The notes below the pieces were generated by a model. It did not search any database. It saw nothing but the letters and a program-made list of their open reading frames with translations, and was not told the origin of the DNA. The translations under genes were made by a program, and so were the position numbers. A DNA stretch of 64,000 nt from Schizosaccharomyces osmophilus (lineage: Eukaryota): the NCBI RefSeq assembly GCF_027921745.1, contig NC_079239.1, positions 2,976,001-3,040,000 of the forward strand, written 5' to 3'. Positions within the stretch are counted from its first letter, which is position 1. Each line of letters begins with the position of its first letter. Below, piece by piece: positions 46,138 through 60,151 of the stretch.

Positions 46138-46654
46138 TTTCCCAATTTTTTCCAAAATTATGTAGTCTTACAAAAAAGGAGCCAAATAATACGTTGTGAA
46201 GGACACTAATAGAAACAGCTAAAAAGAAAGCAAAAATCATTCTTAGATTCCTTGCTATTGTTGTTTATATTATAGCCTTCTATAACCTCAACTTACTGAC
46301 ATTGTTCATTTCGTCTACCTTGAACAGTCTTTATGCCTATACCTAGGCAGCTTTGCACGAAAGCTTCCTGCTACGTCTCATTCGCTTTCCTATATCTTAA
46401 ATTCGATTGAAGAAGAGTTAATGTTGTAAATTATTCTATTCTATATTCAATAACCTCCTATTTAAATTGATGAGTTCGTCGAGCAATCGATTCTTACGCC
46501 AAAGGGACCAAGACCTAAAATTCGCTGCTTTCGTACTTGGTTATTTATTTATTTTTCTTTCGCACAGAAGTTTCTAGGGAGACTTTCTACCATCAGTTGA
46601 ATTCCCGAAATTATCGTCTTTACTTGTTGCTAGCTAATTGCACTTGAATGCAAC

Positions 46655-48769
46655 ATGGTTTTTAGTTCCAAGAAGACGTTGGAGCAGGATGCTTCTACAT
46701 TTGCTAAAAAACACGATCTTCGGAAATTCATTAACGACCATTCCTTCGTTTCGTCAAAGCTTTTTGGATTTACCTTTATATTACTTTATCTCTTTTTATT
46801 GAATTTTAAGAACCAAAATGCTACTATTCAAGTACCTTTCTATATGGTATGTGGCTTATTTTTGTTTATAAGTTTTGTAACTCAATATTTGGGTATCTTT
46901 TCTTATGTCTATCAACCATTCAGAATCCAAAACGTGTTTATTACAGCAATTTCCATGAGCTTATTAACGATTGGTGCCTCCAACTTTGGGTCCCTTGAAT
47001 CTCTTTGTTTATGCGTTTTATCCTATAAGTTATTTAATCACCGCTCTGAATTCCCTACTCCTTCAAAGGCCTTTTCTTCTTTGAAACCTTACTTTATTAT
47101 TCCAATAGTATGCTTGTTATTCAGTCTTTCTTCAAGCTTTTTGGCTAAGCCAAATTCCTCTGTTATTACAATACTATCTGGCACTTTTTGTGTAATTTTT
47201 TCCGTTTTGTTACGTGCCTTCTACCTAGAGCCTTCGAAAAGACAAGAGAAAGCAGAAGTTAAGCTGCTTATCTTTTCTTTGTTAATATGCTGCTTCAGTC
47301 AATTTGGATTGGTTCCAATTAAATATCTCGACATTTCAGTTACTCGTTTCGCTCTATCGTCTTTGATTTCGATATTCTGCATAAACTACAATGATTTGGA
47401 TATAATTAATTACAATTTGGACCTCAGAGACGTTCGTGTACAGTTAGCAGTAGGTTCTGTTGTCGCGCACCATTTTGTTTCCAACGGGCTTTTTAGGGGA
47501 ATTATAAGAACATATCAGTTTTTTTTCTCGTATTTCTATGTTGGATCAGGCTTCACTAATACTCTGAAGCTTCCTGATAACAGTCGAATTGTGTGTACAT
47601 ATAAAACATTTGTGGTTGATGGCATACTTGCTGACAAGGAATCCAGGAGCATATTCTTCTTTTTCCTTTTAAATCTTTTTTACATGATGGTACAAGTTTT
47701 TTATGGTTTTTATACGAACTCTTTAGGATTAATATCTGATGCCATACATATGGCCTTCGATTGCATTGCCGTTTTTGTGGGTTTAGTGGCTACTGTTTTG
47801 GTAAAACTTCCTTCGAATTACGCATATCCTTTTGGTTTTGCAAAAGTTGAAGCTCTCTCTGGCTTTACGAATGGGATTTTTTTGATTTTGATATCATGTT
47901 CCATTGTATGTGAGGCGTCGTATCGACTGTTCCATCCCCCCAATATGAATACCGATCAACTTTTGCTTGTGAGTTTCGTTGGTCTGGTCGTGAATTTGGT
48001 AGGCATCGTGGCCTTTAATCACGGACATGCCCATGGTCATGGAACTTGCTCACATGGTCATCAGGAGTTAGCACTACCAAACAGCACTGATGATGTTAAT
48101 ATATACGAGGAATTTAATAATCACAATCACGACTTGCAAACACACTCTATTTTACATGATCACCAAGAAGACCGTCCGCATGAACATTCTCATGATCATT
48201 TAGACCACTCAGACTTAAAAGAAAAACAAGAATGTATGCCTCATGTTGGTCATCAGTCGCACAGCCACCATGATGGTCACGGTCATCACCATCATCATCA
48301 TGTTGAAAATAACAATATGCAGGGAATTTTTCTTCACATATTGGCAGACACTATGGGTTCTGTTGCTGTTATCATCTCTACATTGCTTATCAAATGGTTT
48401 TCTTGGACAGGCTTTGATCCTTTGGCTTCCATGGTAACCGCTGTTTTGATATTTATTTCTGTCATACCTCTTATAAAAAATTCGGCAAAAAATTTGTTAA
48501 CAGTAACGGATTCAGAGTCAGAATATACCTTGAAACAATGTCTTTCGGACATTAGTGTTATGAGATCTATTATAAGTCTGTCTAATCCAAAATTTTGGAA
48601 AAATGAAAAAGGTGAGTTGCAAGGGAACTTACATCTTCAGGTTAGTATAGAAGGTGATTTGAATGTTACGAGAAACGAGATTTATAGAAAACTCAAAGCG
48701 GCTCTTCCGAACCTAAAAGATGTATGCATACAAGTTGAACGCCCTAACACTTGTTGGTGCGGTAAATAA
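46655..48769 (+). CDS. cis4: Cation diffusion facilitator zinc transporter (Msc2/ZnT5-like)
   Basis: SLGLISDAIHMAFD, His-rich loop, FLHILADTMGS; start codon uncertain. Confidence 0.9.
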   Translation: MVFSSKKTLEQDASTFAKKHDLRKFINDHSFVSSKLFGFTFILLYLFLLNFKNQNATIQVPFYMVCGLFLFISFVTQYLGIFSYVYQPFRIQNVFITAISMSLLTIGASNFGSLESLCLCVLSYKLFNHRSEFPTPSKAFSSLKPYFIIPIVCLLFSLSSSFLAKPNSSVITILSGTFCVIFSVLLRAFYLEPSKRQEKAEVKLLIFSLLICCFSQFGLVPIKYLDISVTRFALSSLISIFCINYNDLDIINYNLDLRDVRVQLAVGSVVAHHFVSNGLFRGIIRTYQFFFSYFYVGSGFTNTLKLPDNSRIVCTYKTFVVDGILADKESRSIFFFFLLNLFYMMVQVFYGFYTNSLGLISDAIHMAFDCIAVFVGLVATVLVKLPSNYAYPFGFAKVEALSGFTNGIFLILISCSIVCEASYRLFHPPNMNTDQLLLVSFVGLVVNLVGIVAFNHGHAHGHGTCSHGHQELALPNSTDDVNIYEEFNNHNHDLQTHSILHDHQEDRPHEHSHDHLDHSDLKEKQECMPHVGHQSHSHHDGHGHHHHHHVENNNMQGIFLHILADTMGSVAVIISTLLIKWFSWTGFDPLASMVTAVLIFISVIPLIKNSAKNLLTVTDSESEYTLKQCLSDISVMRSIISLSNPKFWKNEKGELQGNLHLQVSIEGDLNVTRNEIYRKLKAALPNLKDVCIQVERPNTCWCGK

Positions 48770-48838
48770 ATATTTTATCTATATAGTATAATCACATAAG
48801 CCTCTCTATGACTATAGACCTTCTAGATGTTTTTCATG

Positions 48839-50808
48839 TTATTGTAAGGTTTTTAGGGATAGGCTTTCAAGAAACAAGCCTAAATCAGCCTTTTTACATT
48901 CAATGACACTAGCTTCAAAACAATCCATCTGTAGCGTAGCAGAAGTCATGCTTGCTACTTCTTGGAAGGCTACACCAAAGCGATTATGGCCGTGTCCATC
49001 ATCTTCGTCGTCATTACTTGTAAAGGCAGAAGTAGAAGTACCTACAATTAAATAGCTGCTTTTTTCTTCAATCATTACAGCTAAGACAAGAGGCAAATGC
49101 TTCAATTTCCCTAACTCTTTTTCTTGCTCCTATATTTTGGTTAGTTTTCCCCGACTTATACTGGTTAAGGTCATGATCTTACCCTAATAGCCTCGGAGAC
49201 CCAAAGACTTAGTTTTGTCAAAGCAAGTGGATGCTGGAAAATCCTTATATCAGGTCCTTCACTAATCAATCCTATACGAAAAGAGCGTAGTGCTTTTATG
49301 GCTCGTTTTTCTAACAAAGCGATGCCAGTGCGAACTATAGAACGTTGCATGTTCATGGCCAATTTCAAGGCTTTCTCTAACGCATCAACATTATCGAGGG
49401 CATCATAAGCGTCATAAAAATTTTTTAGCCATTCTTGTTTTTGTTCTTCTTCGAATTTTTGCAAATATTGCTCCTCGGTCATGTCGGGTTCCTTAGTTAC
49501 ATTTTTTGCTTGGAGAAATGTACCGGCTCCTCCAACTTCAAGCAAAGCACTAATCGCATAAGCAACATCGCTTGCACTAAGTGTACATTTAAATCCGTAT
49601 GTACGGGTAAAGCTGTGAAATATTACATCGTCAAGTCCGTAAAGAGGAGCAAATCTTTGAAGACTACTTTTCAGTGTTTTTTTAAGATTCATATCCATAT
49701 GAATATAAGTTTGCTTACACTCTACCAAACTTAAACCCATTTTAGCTAGGAGCTTATGCAAGCGTTTTCGTCCTTCTTCGCTCCAAATGTGCAAACGCGA
49801 GCCTACGTATGCCGAATGCAACATAGCATTGTACAAGCTCCAGTGTCTAATCAACATAAATCTATATTCATCTTCAAGGCGTATGGACTGATCATAAGGA
49901 GTTTTACCGTGTGGTCGTCCTACATTCGTTCTTTCCAACGGTAGAGGGTTCAGCCGGTTTACTTCATCCTTCAAAAGATTGTAGGATCTATCGAAATATT
50001 TCTTTGAAGAGCGACAATGGACTTCCAGACTTGTGAGACCGATAATAGCTAACCAAAGCATGTCATTGTCCTCTCGACCAAGCATAGACCCAAGCGAGTA
50101 TAGCATATTTGTAATTGACTCCCCAAACCAAGTTCCGGTATCATAGTATTCTGCTAGTACATAATGATATTCCTTTTTTTTCCTTATGATATCCTTTCGA
50201 TGCACTCGACGCTGTTCTGTTTCTGTTGAGTACCTTCTCCTGCTCCGCTTAGGAAGTTCAGAAGAGCCTTGTAATCCATCCTCGTCTTGATCTTCATTAC
50301 CATCATCATCTGGTGCGTTCTCGGATTCTGAAGAATCATTTTCCTCGTCAGAGGAAGATAAAGATTCGAGTGCAAACCATGCATCGTGTATTTTGCTCAT
50401 ATCCTCCTCAATATCACCATCATCGAATATGTAAATTCTATTGTCCCTGTATAAATTATCTAAATTATAAGGCCGATGGGAATCAATCACATAAACAGAT
50501 ATATCCTCATCAGATTTTAGGTAACCACTCAAGTCGACCATATTTCCACAATTGAGTAGAATTAGGAATCTCAAATCTTCGCTTTTCTCTAATATGGTTT
50601 CATTCGCATTTTCCAGATCACGATACCCTGAAACAGGTCTAATTTTATGAGAAATAAAGTCGGCCTTCAGCAATCGAGACAGTAATTTGCAAGCACATAA
50701 TGCATCGGGATCTAATGCAACGAAAATGTGTACTACACATCCCCCTGAGATACTTGCTTCTTTAATTTTAGAGTAAGCAAGGGCATATTCGGACCTCCGG
50801 ACGAACAT
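48839..50808 (-). CDS. cdc45: Replication factor Cdc45 (intron 49130-49182)
   Basis: VALDPDALCA, VIDSHRP, RFMLIRHWSL, FQHPLALTKL, NRFGVAF. Confidence 0.96.
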
Positions 50809-51614
50809 AGATACCCTGGCAGTAGTGGTGGTCAACAATACAATACAAAACTATATGAAATTTTTGAAACAAACACAAGCAAATAATCGCCTTCAATGAT
50901 TCTTTTAAACGGAAATATATATGTTTTGTTTAATAGCAATGTGTTTTTCTGGCATGCATTGCGTTTAATTTCTAGGACAACTTTTTTAGGTACTTTCAAC
51001 ATTGGAGACTCTCGAATACGAATTGACGGTCATCAAGCTATTTTTCGCTGAAAACTAGTTTTTAAAATGAATGATATTGTACATCGAGTGGTAAGCCCAT
51101 AGGATTTTTTTCTAGCTGCAGATGGTTCATAATTCGCTCAGCAATTTGTTCATCTGCATTCTTCAAAACAAATAGGAAAAGATCTAAATAACTAAACAAA
51201 AAGTGTATGCCAAAGTATTCAAATACCAGCGCTATTACTTAAAAGTTCAACTATGAAACATACTTGGCGAACTGAGCAACTTTGAAACAGCTCGACGAAC
51301 TTCTTTTATTTTTGTTAATCTCGAAGTTAATGTATTTAAATTTGCTTATGATTTGATCAAGCAACTGTGTTTTCACCTTTCTTCTGTTTTAATTATATTA
51401 CCTTAGTGTAATACAATAATACAATATGATATTACGGGGTTTCTAGTTATGTAATATTATATAGACTTCATGAGTAGTACAATATTTGGATCAATAACCT
51501 AGGAGTAACTTGCACTCAGTGGTGGCAGAATCGTTTTAATAAGTTTCAAATGAATGGCTAAATCTTCTTCCAATGTAACATTTAATATTCAGATTTTTGA
51601 ATTGATTTCATAAA

Positions 51615-54600
51615 ATGAAAGGTAAAAGCGAAAGGCAAGAAAGACCAGCAAAACGACGAAAATCCGTAAAGGATGAAATTGAGTCTAAATTGGAACAATC
51701 GTTTTTGCAACCAAAATTTGAAAATTCTTATCCTGCATTTATTGAAAAACTTTCGTTAAGTATGGATGGATGGCTTGGTTCTGAAGAACTTCTGGAGCAA
51801 TTAAAAGTCCAACCTTTAGCTACGGTTATGTCTTTGGAGCCGGAGAGGATACTTAAGATTTACAAGTTCACTACAAAAAAACTAAACTTCAGAAACAAAC
51901 TCGAACCTATCTATCATCTAGATGCCAACTCTCTGTCATCGTTAATGACTTCACGCCTAAGTTTATGGAGTCGTTTGTGGGAAGCATTTCAAAAGGTAAA
52001 GTTTTTAATTTACTTTCAATGCTTTTTAACTTTGAACAATGGAGAACTCAAATTCAATTTTGGGATTTTTATCTTGGATTCAAAAATAGCGCCCGAAGAA
52101 GCTATTATGGCTTCTGGTACCTCTTCTATATACACTTCTTTGCTGGATCAAACATTTGTTTCTCCATTCCACGAATCAGGAAATCATCCTCAAATTAACA
52201 CAAAGCTCTTTTACGATAATGCTAGAGAGCTGGCTAAAAGTTTACCTACCGTAGGTATTCGTCGTGATAAACGTTTGTTATCGGACCTTCTTCCATTTCA
52301 GAGACGCTCCGTAGAATGGATGATTCATAGAGAGATGAATATTCCAAGCAACTCATGTCCTCTACCTCCTTTATGGCATCAATACCAGCTTCCTCATGAT
52401 GACAGGAAAGTTTTTATCAATCGAGCCTATGGTTATGTGACCTTATCTGAGGAAAATGCTTTTCAACTTGCTCCTGCATTGCTAAAAGGTGGTGTTCTTG
52501 CAGATGAAATGGGTATGGGAAAAACATTAGAAATTTTGTCTCTTATACTATTTCATCAACCCTCCATGGACCAGCTTCTTAATACACAGTACGACCCAAT
52601 TTTGAATAAGGACTTGGTTTTATCGAAAGCAACACTCATTATCACGCCATCAACGATTATTGATCAATGGATTTCCGAAGTTGAATTGCATGTACCTTCT
52701 TTGAAAATATTCCATTATAAAGGCATACGAAAATCTGGGTCGGTTACTTCAGAACAATTCTTAAATGCTGATATAGTCATAACATCTTATTCTGATTTGC
52801 GTTTTGAATTACTATATGCTGAATCCTTTTCCAGGAACCTTCGCCATGACAAACGACATGTTCCTCCCAAGTCTCCTCTTATTGATATCTGCTGGTGGAG
52901 AATATGCGTGGATGAAGCTCAAATGGTAGAAACCTCGCAGAGTAATGTCGCTCAAATGATTTATAGAATTCCAAGAGTAAATTGTTGGGCAGTAAGCGGC
53001 ACACCCGTCCGAAGCGATGTTGATGATCTTTTTGGGCTGCTTTTCCTTTTTCGGTATTCGCCTATATATCAACATCGAAAACAAACATGGCTTCAAATTA
53101 TTGAACTAAATCGGATTCATGAATTTTGTAGCATATTCTCCTCATTAACTTGTAGGAACTGCAAACAAGATATTGCTCACGAACTTCGGCTACCTCCGCA
53201 ACATCGCATGTATATGCCAACAAGACTTACTGTTGTCGAAGAAACTAATTACCAAGACCTTCTTAGCGAAGCAGCAAAATCACTAAAACATCTGGATGAT
53301 CATGATTTTGACTTATCACAATTAGACAGTATGAAACGTTGGCTTATTCGCTTAAGGCAATCTTGCTGTCATCCTCAAGTTGGTTCCGGTAATAAATCTG
53401 CATTTGGTGGTGGTCCTATGAAAAGCATCAATGATGTTTTAGTGTTTATGTTGGAACAGACTAATTCATCGCTCTCGTCGATGAAAAGACAATTCTTTTC
53501 TGATGTGGTAATTACAGGCTGGGTTTTTGACCATCTTAAAGATTACAAGAAGGCGTTAACCATTTGGACCGAAATTTTTCCAACTGTGGAAGCAGTAGTT
53601 GCAGGTTTAGAAGGTGCTATCAATCGAACGGAAATTGGTCCAAAAGAAAGCGGTGAAGAGGAGTTAAATTTGTCATATGCTGGTCTAAACTATCCTGGTA
53701 ATTTACGAGCATGGCAGATTTTGCTCCACAAAATCTACTTTTTTATTGCAAGCACTAACTTTGCTTTAAAAAACGAGGAGTCAGAGAAGAAGTACTATAG
53801 TCTCGCTCAAGATTTACGAAGAAAGATGATGAGTGATATTATTGTGAAAACAAACAAACACATCGACGAATTCAGCAAGCAATTTAACCGGAACAATTTT
53901 GTTGATTTACCAAAGCTGCCAAAGCCAATCTCAAAAGGAACTATATTGAGTTACATAGCAGTTGAGGACTATGAACAGCTACGTGAACAGTTGAATTTAC
54001 AAGCAGAGTCTTTAGTGAATTTTCGGGAGCGTCTGATTTATTTGATGAAGCTTCCTTTATTGGATCAAGAGTCCGATCCAACTGGTGATGAATATGAAGA
54101 GTCTTTGAATGCCCAGTCGGAAATTTCGTTTTGTATTGATGTGTACCGTCAAATGATTTCTGATCGGGTTGCTGCAATAGACGGAACAATGAATACATTT
54201 GTATCACATGAAACGGAATTACAAAAAATTAAAGTTTTGGAAAACATAGAAAATGCTGAAGCGCTAGGCGAAAAAGAAACAGAAGAGCGCAATAAGAAGT
54301 ACATGCTTTTTTTTGAAGAAAGGGAAGAAGCTCGTCCAAAAAGTGATGAATTTGGCTCTGTACAAAACATCTTAGCAAGACTGGCTGATGCGTTGGGCAG
54401 ATCAAGCACATCTTCTGAATACACGATTGCACAGAGATTGTTTGAACAAGTTAATGAAGTTACGAAAGCTCAATCCAAAACGTGCCGAAAACTCGAAAAA
54501 GAGCTAAGTTTGATACAGCTCACTTATAATATGAGAATTGACTATTATAAACATTTGCAAGAAATTTCAGATTCTCTGATACCACCAGCAGCTCCTAAAA

Positions 54601-55972
54601 TAAGTCAATCACAGGCTTCTAATATAGAAATAGAGCAGACCAATTTATTTGAGTCTACTTTACGGGTTGCTAAAGAAGCTTGTGTTAAGACGCTGCAAGA
54701 GGAGACCCAAGATTCAAAAACAGAACATGAGAATGTTGATGACATGCTTCTTAAAATTGACATTCCTGCTCATTTGGCTTTGTTGAATGAATTAAGTAGG
54801 GAGAAGCAAAACTATTTGAGGAGGATCGGACATTTCGAGTCTAGGCATCGATATCTTTCTAATTTGTATGAACATGTTGTCCGCCGTGCTGGCTCGAAGC
54901 AGCAATGCATTATTTGTCGAGACGTTATTAAAAAAGGTTTCATCACAACATGTGGTATGTATTTGATTTTTCGACGTTTCTTTTGAAATTGCATTACAAT
55001 ACTAATTATTTTTTTATAGGGCATTTCTATTGTCGAGATTGCCTAGTTGCTTGGATGAAACACCATCCATCTTGCCCCATGTGCAAATCCAAATTGACCA
55101 AAAACAGTACGTTTTACATTGGTGAAAGTTTCGACATACGTGCACGGCAAGAGTTCGTTTTAGGATTCCCTACTACAGAAAAGGATTTGGAAATGATGGA
55201 TGAAGAGACTTTTAAGCGTATCGTATCTGTTACATTGAAAGTTTCGTTTGGATCAAAAATAGATGCAATCGTTAGACATTTAGTTGTATGTTCAAAAATA
55301 CTCGAAGTCGCAACTAACCATCTCCAGTATTTGAAGCAAATTGAGCTATATCCAAAAGTAGTGGTATTTTCCCAATGGTTGGACGTGTTGGAGGTACTAC
55401 ACAAGTCGTTTGAGGCAAATGGTGTTTCTTACTTAAGATTTGATGGCAAAGCTAAAAATAATTGCTTGAAGAATTTTAAGGCTGATCGAGATATAGAAGT
55501 TTTGACGTTGCATTCCAGATCGCAATCGTAGGTTTCTTTTTCCTTTGCAGGATACAATATTAACTAGTTATTAGGGCCGGTTTAACACTTACTAATGCTA
55601 CTCATGTAATAATGTGTAAGTTAAACCAACTTTGAAAAATAGTTTGAGATTGCTAAACAAACGGGGATAGGCGAACCGCTCTTAAATAGTGGAATTGAAC
55701 TACAAGCTATATCCAGAGTACATAGAATTGGTCAAACACGGCCTACTTACGTGTACTATTATATTGTCGAAGACACCGTGGAAGATCACATTTTGAGCAT
55801 GTCTATACAAAAGCATAAGCAGCTTGGGACACTGGATTTAGACGTTCCTTTGATCGGTAGTATACAAAGGAGTACAGATCCTTCTTTTGGTGGAGAAGTG
55901 GTCGATGATTCAGAGATTCGCGAATGTCTGAAAACCGCTTTGAAAAGGCTAAATTTGGAAGGTGAAGGGTAA
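51615..55972 (+). CDS. SNF2-family ATPase with RING E3 domain, SHPRH/Irc20-like (introns near the 3' end)
   Basis: GGVLADEMGMGKT, VDEAQ, SGTP, RING CIICRD..CGHFYCRDC..CPMC, VVFSQW, QAISRVHRIGQ. Confidence 0.92.
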
Positions 55973-57194
55973 AGAGGTTCTCGTATTTTTGGTGTATATT
56001 AATTGTATTTAATTATTTTTTTTTGACCGTTTTCGGGTAAATTTTCAAATTATTCATGTGCTTTAGGAGCTTTTGTTAGACTGATATCTCTGCTTGTATT
56101 GATATGTAATTATACGCGCAATGGATACGAATGGTCAATTAAGGAATTAACTAAACGTATCTTGTTTTTCTTTTTCCGTTTATGTTCATGTAGAGCCATT
56201 TCTTCGGTTTTCCACAATTTTAATGCTTGTTTACAGATTTAGAAGTTACGTTTTTGCTATGTTGTATAATAAAACACGGGTTACTAATATGCTTAAGGTC
56301 TGTTTGGCTTCAATTGGCACTTAATGTAGTTGTTTAAACGTTTAGTTTTTCTTTTGTGTTGCTTCCTAAACGTCTGAAGTTTGGGCGCTCATTCAGTGTT
56401 TTATTCCTATTTTGCAGACCTCGGTCTTCTTTTCAAAGATCAAAGACAACATATCATCAATTGAGGTTCCTTGTTAAATATTAGTGAAACGAAAACGAGG
56501 TACTCGTAGACGAAGCTCTGATAAGTATGTTGATGCAAGAATAATGATGACAATGGGGTCACTGAAAGTAAACCGTCATTTGGATGTTGGCAAGAGGAAA
56601 TTCGGATCTTTCTATTATTTTTTATGAAAAGTTAAAGAAATAGACCTATTCTCTAGTATTACCAAACAAACAAAGCATTCCTCATGCCCTTGTTCTCAGT
56701 CGTCCACGAGTTTAGATCTGTAGTTAGCCTTAAAATTCCACCCAAAAGAATGAGTTTATACTGACAATAACATAGATTTTTTGCAGAACTTTGCAATTTT
56801 AAAAGTTTGTTTCTGCTGATCCAAGTAACGACATATCATCTACTACCCTTAAAATGATATTATACATTTTACCCAGTCATTGTCACTTTATATAAACTTA
56901 CAAGTTGCATAACCTTTAGAACATTATAACCTGCTTTCAACTCTTTAGAATAGCAATTTCGGCGTGTTGAGCGAAACAGATCTTTCGTTTATAAGAAATC
57001 TTCTTTCAAAAAATTGCATTCAACAATAAAGCTAAATACGAGCCTGATTATAACCAATGGATTAACGAAACCGAACGTATAGTATCTTATATCCAATACG
57101 ACTACATTTTTGAGTGAAATTCACTTGCATGAACTGGCTAGCAATATACGTTTCTTACAGTAAATAACGGTTTAGCCAGTAGTAGTAAAGGACT

Positions 57195-59900
57195 ATGGTT
57201 TTTGAAAGGTCTTTAAATGACCTTATAAAGGGCATAAGGTCTCATAAAGATGACGAAGAAAGCTATATTAACGGCTGCTTATTGGAATGTCGAAAAGAAG
57301 TATCAAGCCAGGATGCAGAAATCAAAGCTGAAGCTGCTTTAAAACTTGCATATGTTCGTGAATCAACCTAAGTGCTACTACTGACTTTTATAGTTGGAGA
57401 TGTTTGGATTTGATGTTAGCTGGGCAAGTTTTCAAATCATCGAAGTGATGGCTTCGTCGCAGCTTTCCCAAAAACAAAGAGGATATTTAGCTGCAGTTCA
57501 ATCTTTTAAGCCAACCACTGATGTTCTTATGCTTACAACGAATTTGATAAAAAAGGTCGGATTGCTTTTCCCTCAACGAAAATCAGAAGTAAATCTTGCT
57601 AACGTTTCTTTTAGGATATCATGAGTTCAAGAGTCCCGGAAATTACTATAGCCATCAATGGATTATCACATATTTCTACTTATGGGTTAGCTCGAGACTT
57701 ATACCAAGACGTGTTGATTCTGCTGAATCATTCAGTACCCTATATACGCAAACGTACTATCATGGTCCTTTATCGACTCTGCTTGCAGTATCCAGATGCA
57801 ATTCCCATTTGCGTTCCAAAACTCCGTGAGCGATTAGATGATACAGACAACTCCGTTGTTAACGCTTCTGTCAGTGTAATCTGCGAATTGGCACGGAGAA
57901 CACCAAAAAACTACCTCGAATTTGCTCCTGATTTGTTTCATTTACTAACGAATTCCTCTAACAATTGGATGCTTATAAAACTCGTAAAGTTGTTTGCATC
58001 TTTAACTCCTTATGAACCAAGACTTGTTAAAAAACTTGTTCCAGCTTTAACACAAATTATCGAGACTACTCATGCCATGTCATTACTGTATGAGTGCATC
58101 AACACCATCGTCTCTGGGAATATGCTGGCCAATTATTCTCATTCTGATCAACTTGCTTGGTTATGTACAACAAAACTACGTGAGTTCTTCCTAGACACGG
58201 ATCAGAACCTGAAATATGTCGCTTTGCTTTCGTTTTATAAACTTTCGATTACCCATCAACAGCTTGTCGCTCAGCAACTAGATATAATCCTTCAATGCTT
58301 AATCGACTCGGATATTTCGCTTAGGATGAGGGCGTTGGATCTTGTTTGTCAAATAGTGAATGCAGGAAACATTGTTTCCATTGTGAAGACAATCATGCTT
58401 CAGTTGGTTACTTCTTCCGAAGACGTCCTTATAGAAGAATCTCGAAACGTAACCGCGCTTAAACTTATAGAAATGACTTCCAAGTCTACGTATGCTGTTG
58501 TTTCTGATTTTGAATGGCTTCTTACTGTTTATGTGGATCTTGCACGGATACCGGGAATTCATGTCGGGAAAGTTCTGTCCTCTCAAATTGTCGATCTCTG
58601 TGTTCGTGTAAAAGCTCTCAGACCATTTGCTATTGATTTGTTTTCCCAAATGACTTCTGATCCGTCTACAATTTTTTCGGAAGGGAAATCGAAAGAAAGC
58701 TTCTCTGAAGTTTTGCCTTCTCTTCTCTGGTGTTTAGGCGAATATGCCGAATATGTTGAAGACTACATTGACGTTTTGGATGGATTGGTTCGTCCAGCTT
58801 CAACTTCCCTTCCGTCTAGCATACAACCAGTACTAATCCAGTGTGTTCCTAAATTATTCTGCCAGTGGTGTGTCAATGAGGAAGCTGCGTGGGGTCCAGA
58901 GAAGCTGGGCTTGGTAAAACTGTGGGTTACTCGAATTCAACAATTTATGGAAAGTTTTGTGCAATCTCTCGATATGGAGGCACAATTAAGAGCAGTTGAA
59001 TATAGTATCATGTTTGCCCAAATACAAGAGATTCTCAATACAAATGATTACTCTGAAATTCTTGATTTCCAGCAAGGACCTCCTTATATTATAAAAAATA
59101 CTGTTATCAATTTGTTCTTTACTGAGTCACTTAACCCTGTTGCTAGCAAAGCACAGAAACGGGTATTGCCTCCAGAGGGTCTGGCTTTAGATACTCCCAT
59201 AAACGGAGCTATTGAAGCACCTAAAAAGTTGAAAAATATGATAGACGAAAGCAGTAACATTAGAAGTGCCAGGGAGACCACTGAATTATCAATAGATAAT
59301 ACCCCGAATATGCTGCAAGCGAAAGAATCAGGACCTGTTAGGGATTTGTATAACCCATTCTATTTGAATTCAAGTCCATCTAAGGAGGAAGACGCTACAG
59401 CAGAAAATGACACAAACGGTTTTAACGAAGTTACCGAAAATGATTCTCTCTTTTCAGGGAGTAAAATAATGAAAGGTAAGAAAATTAGTCTATCTTAAAC
59501 AAAAAAAAAACTGACGAATTTTAGTTACCAAGAAAAGTCGGCGGAGAAAAGTCCTTGCTTCGCCTACCCAAGGACCTGTAGAAATCGCTCAAGATGAGAT
59601 ACCAGAAGGAGTTCAGCTTTCAGATGAAGATCAGCTGGAACGATCAAAAATTCAGAAGGAAAAGCCTTTGATTTCGTTGGAGCCCACTTCTTCGACCTTG
59701 AACGATAATGACCACCGTCCAGAGACAACCTCAAATACTCCTATAGCTCCCATTAAAGTCAAAAAAAGAGAGAAGAATAAAAAGAAAAGTGTATGATATG
59801 AATTTGTTTTATGTGAAAAAACTAACATGAAAAGCAGAACACAGAAATTAAAGGAGAAAAAATGAGAAAAAAAAGAGTGTCAAAAAAATCCGAAGATTAG
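57195..59900 (+). CDS. apl5: AP-3 adaptor complex delta subunit (multi-exon)
   Basis: MVFERSLNDLIKGIRSH, LEMFGFDVSWA, NNWMLIKLVKLF, DQNLKY; Lys-rich C-terminal exons. Confidence 0.93.
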
Positions 59901-60151
59901 GTAGAATGTTTTGATGTTTAGTTACGTATAATGTTGTGATGTTTAATAACTTCTGTTTTATAATAATCGATGGCTGTGAATGTAGCCGACTTTGTGAGTT
60001 TTTATCTCAAATGCTTTTATCTATCCGGAAACCTAAATAATCTTATTAACAAAAACAAAGTGAGGAAAAGTTTTTCATATAAAATCATAGTACCACAAAT
60101 TTTGACAAAGAACTCATAAAACCAACTTCACTTATATAAAGATCATTCAGC

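Noticed and set aside
56000..57190. 1.2-kb intergenic region with ATGATGA..CTGA near 56544
   Set aside because: The boxes are too close together for a C/D snoRNA, and no ORF, LTR or tRNA is recognisable.
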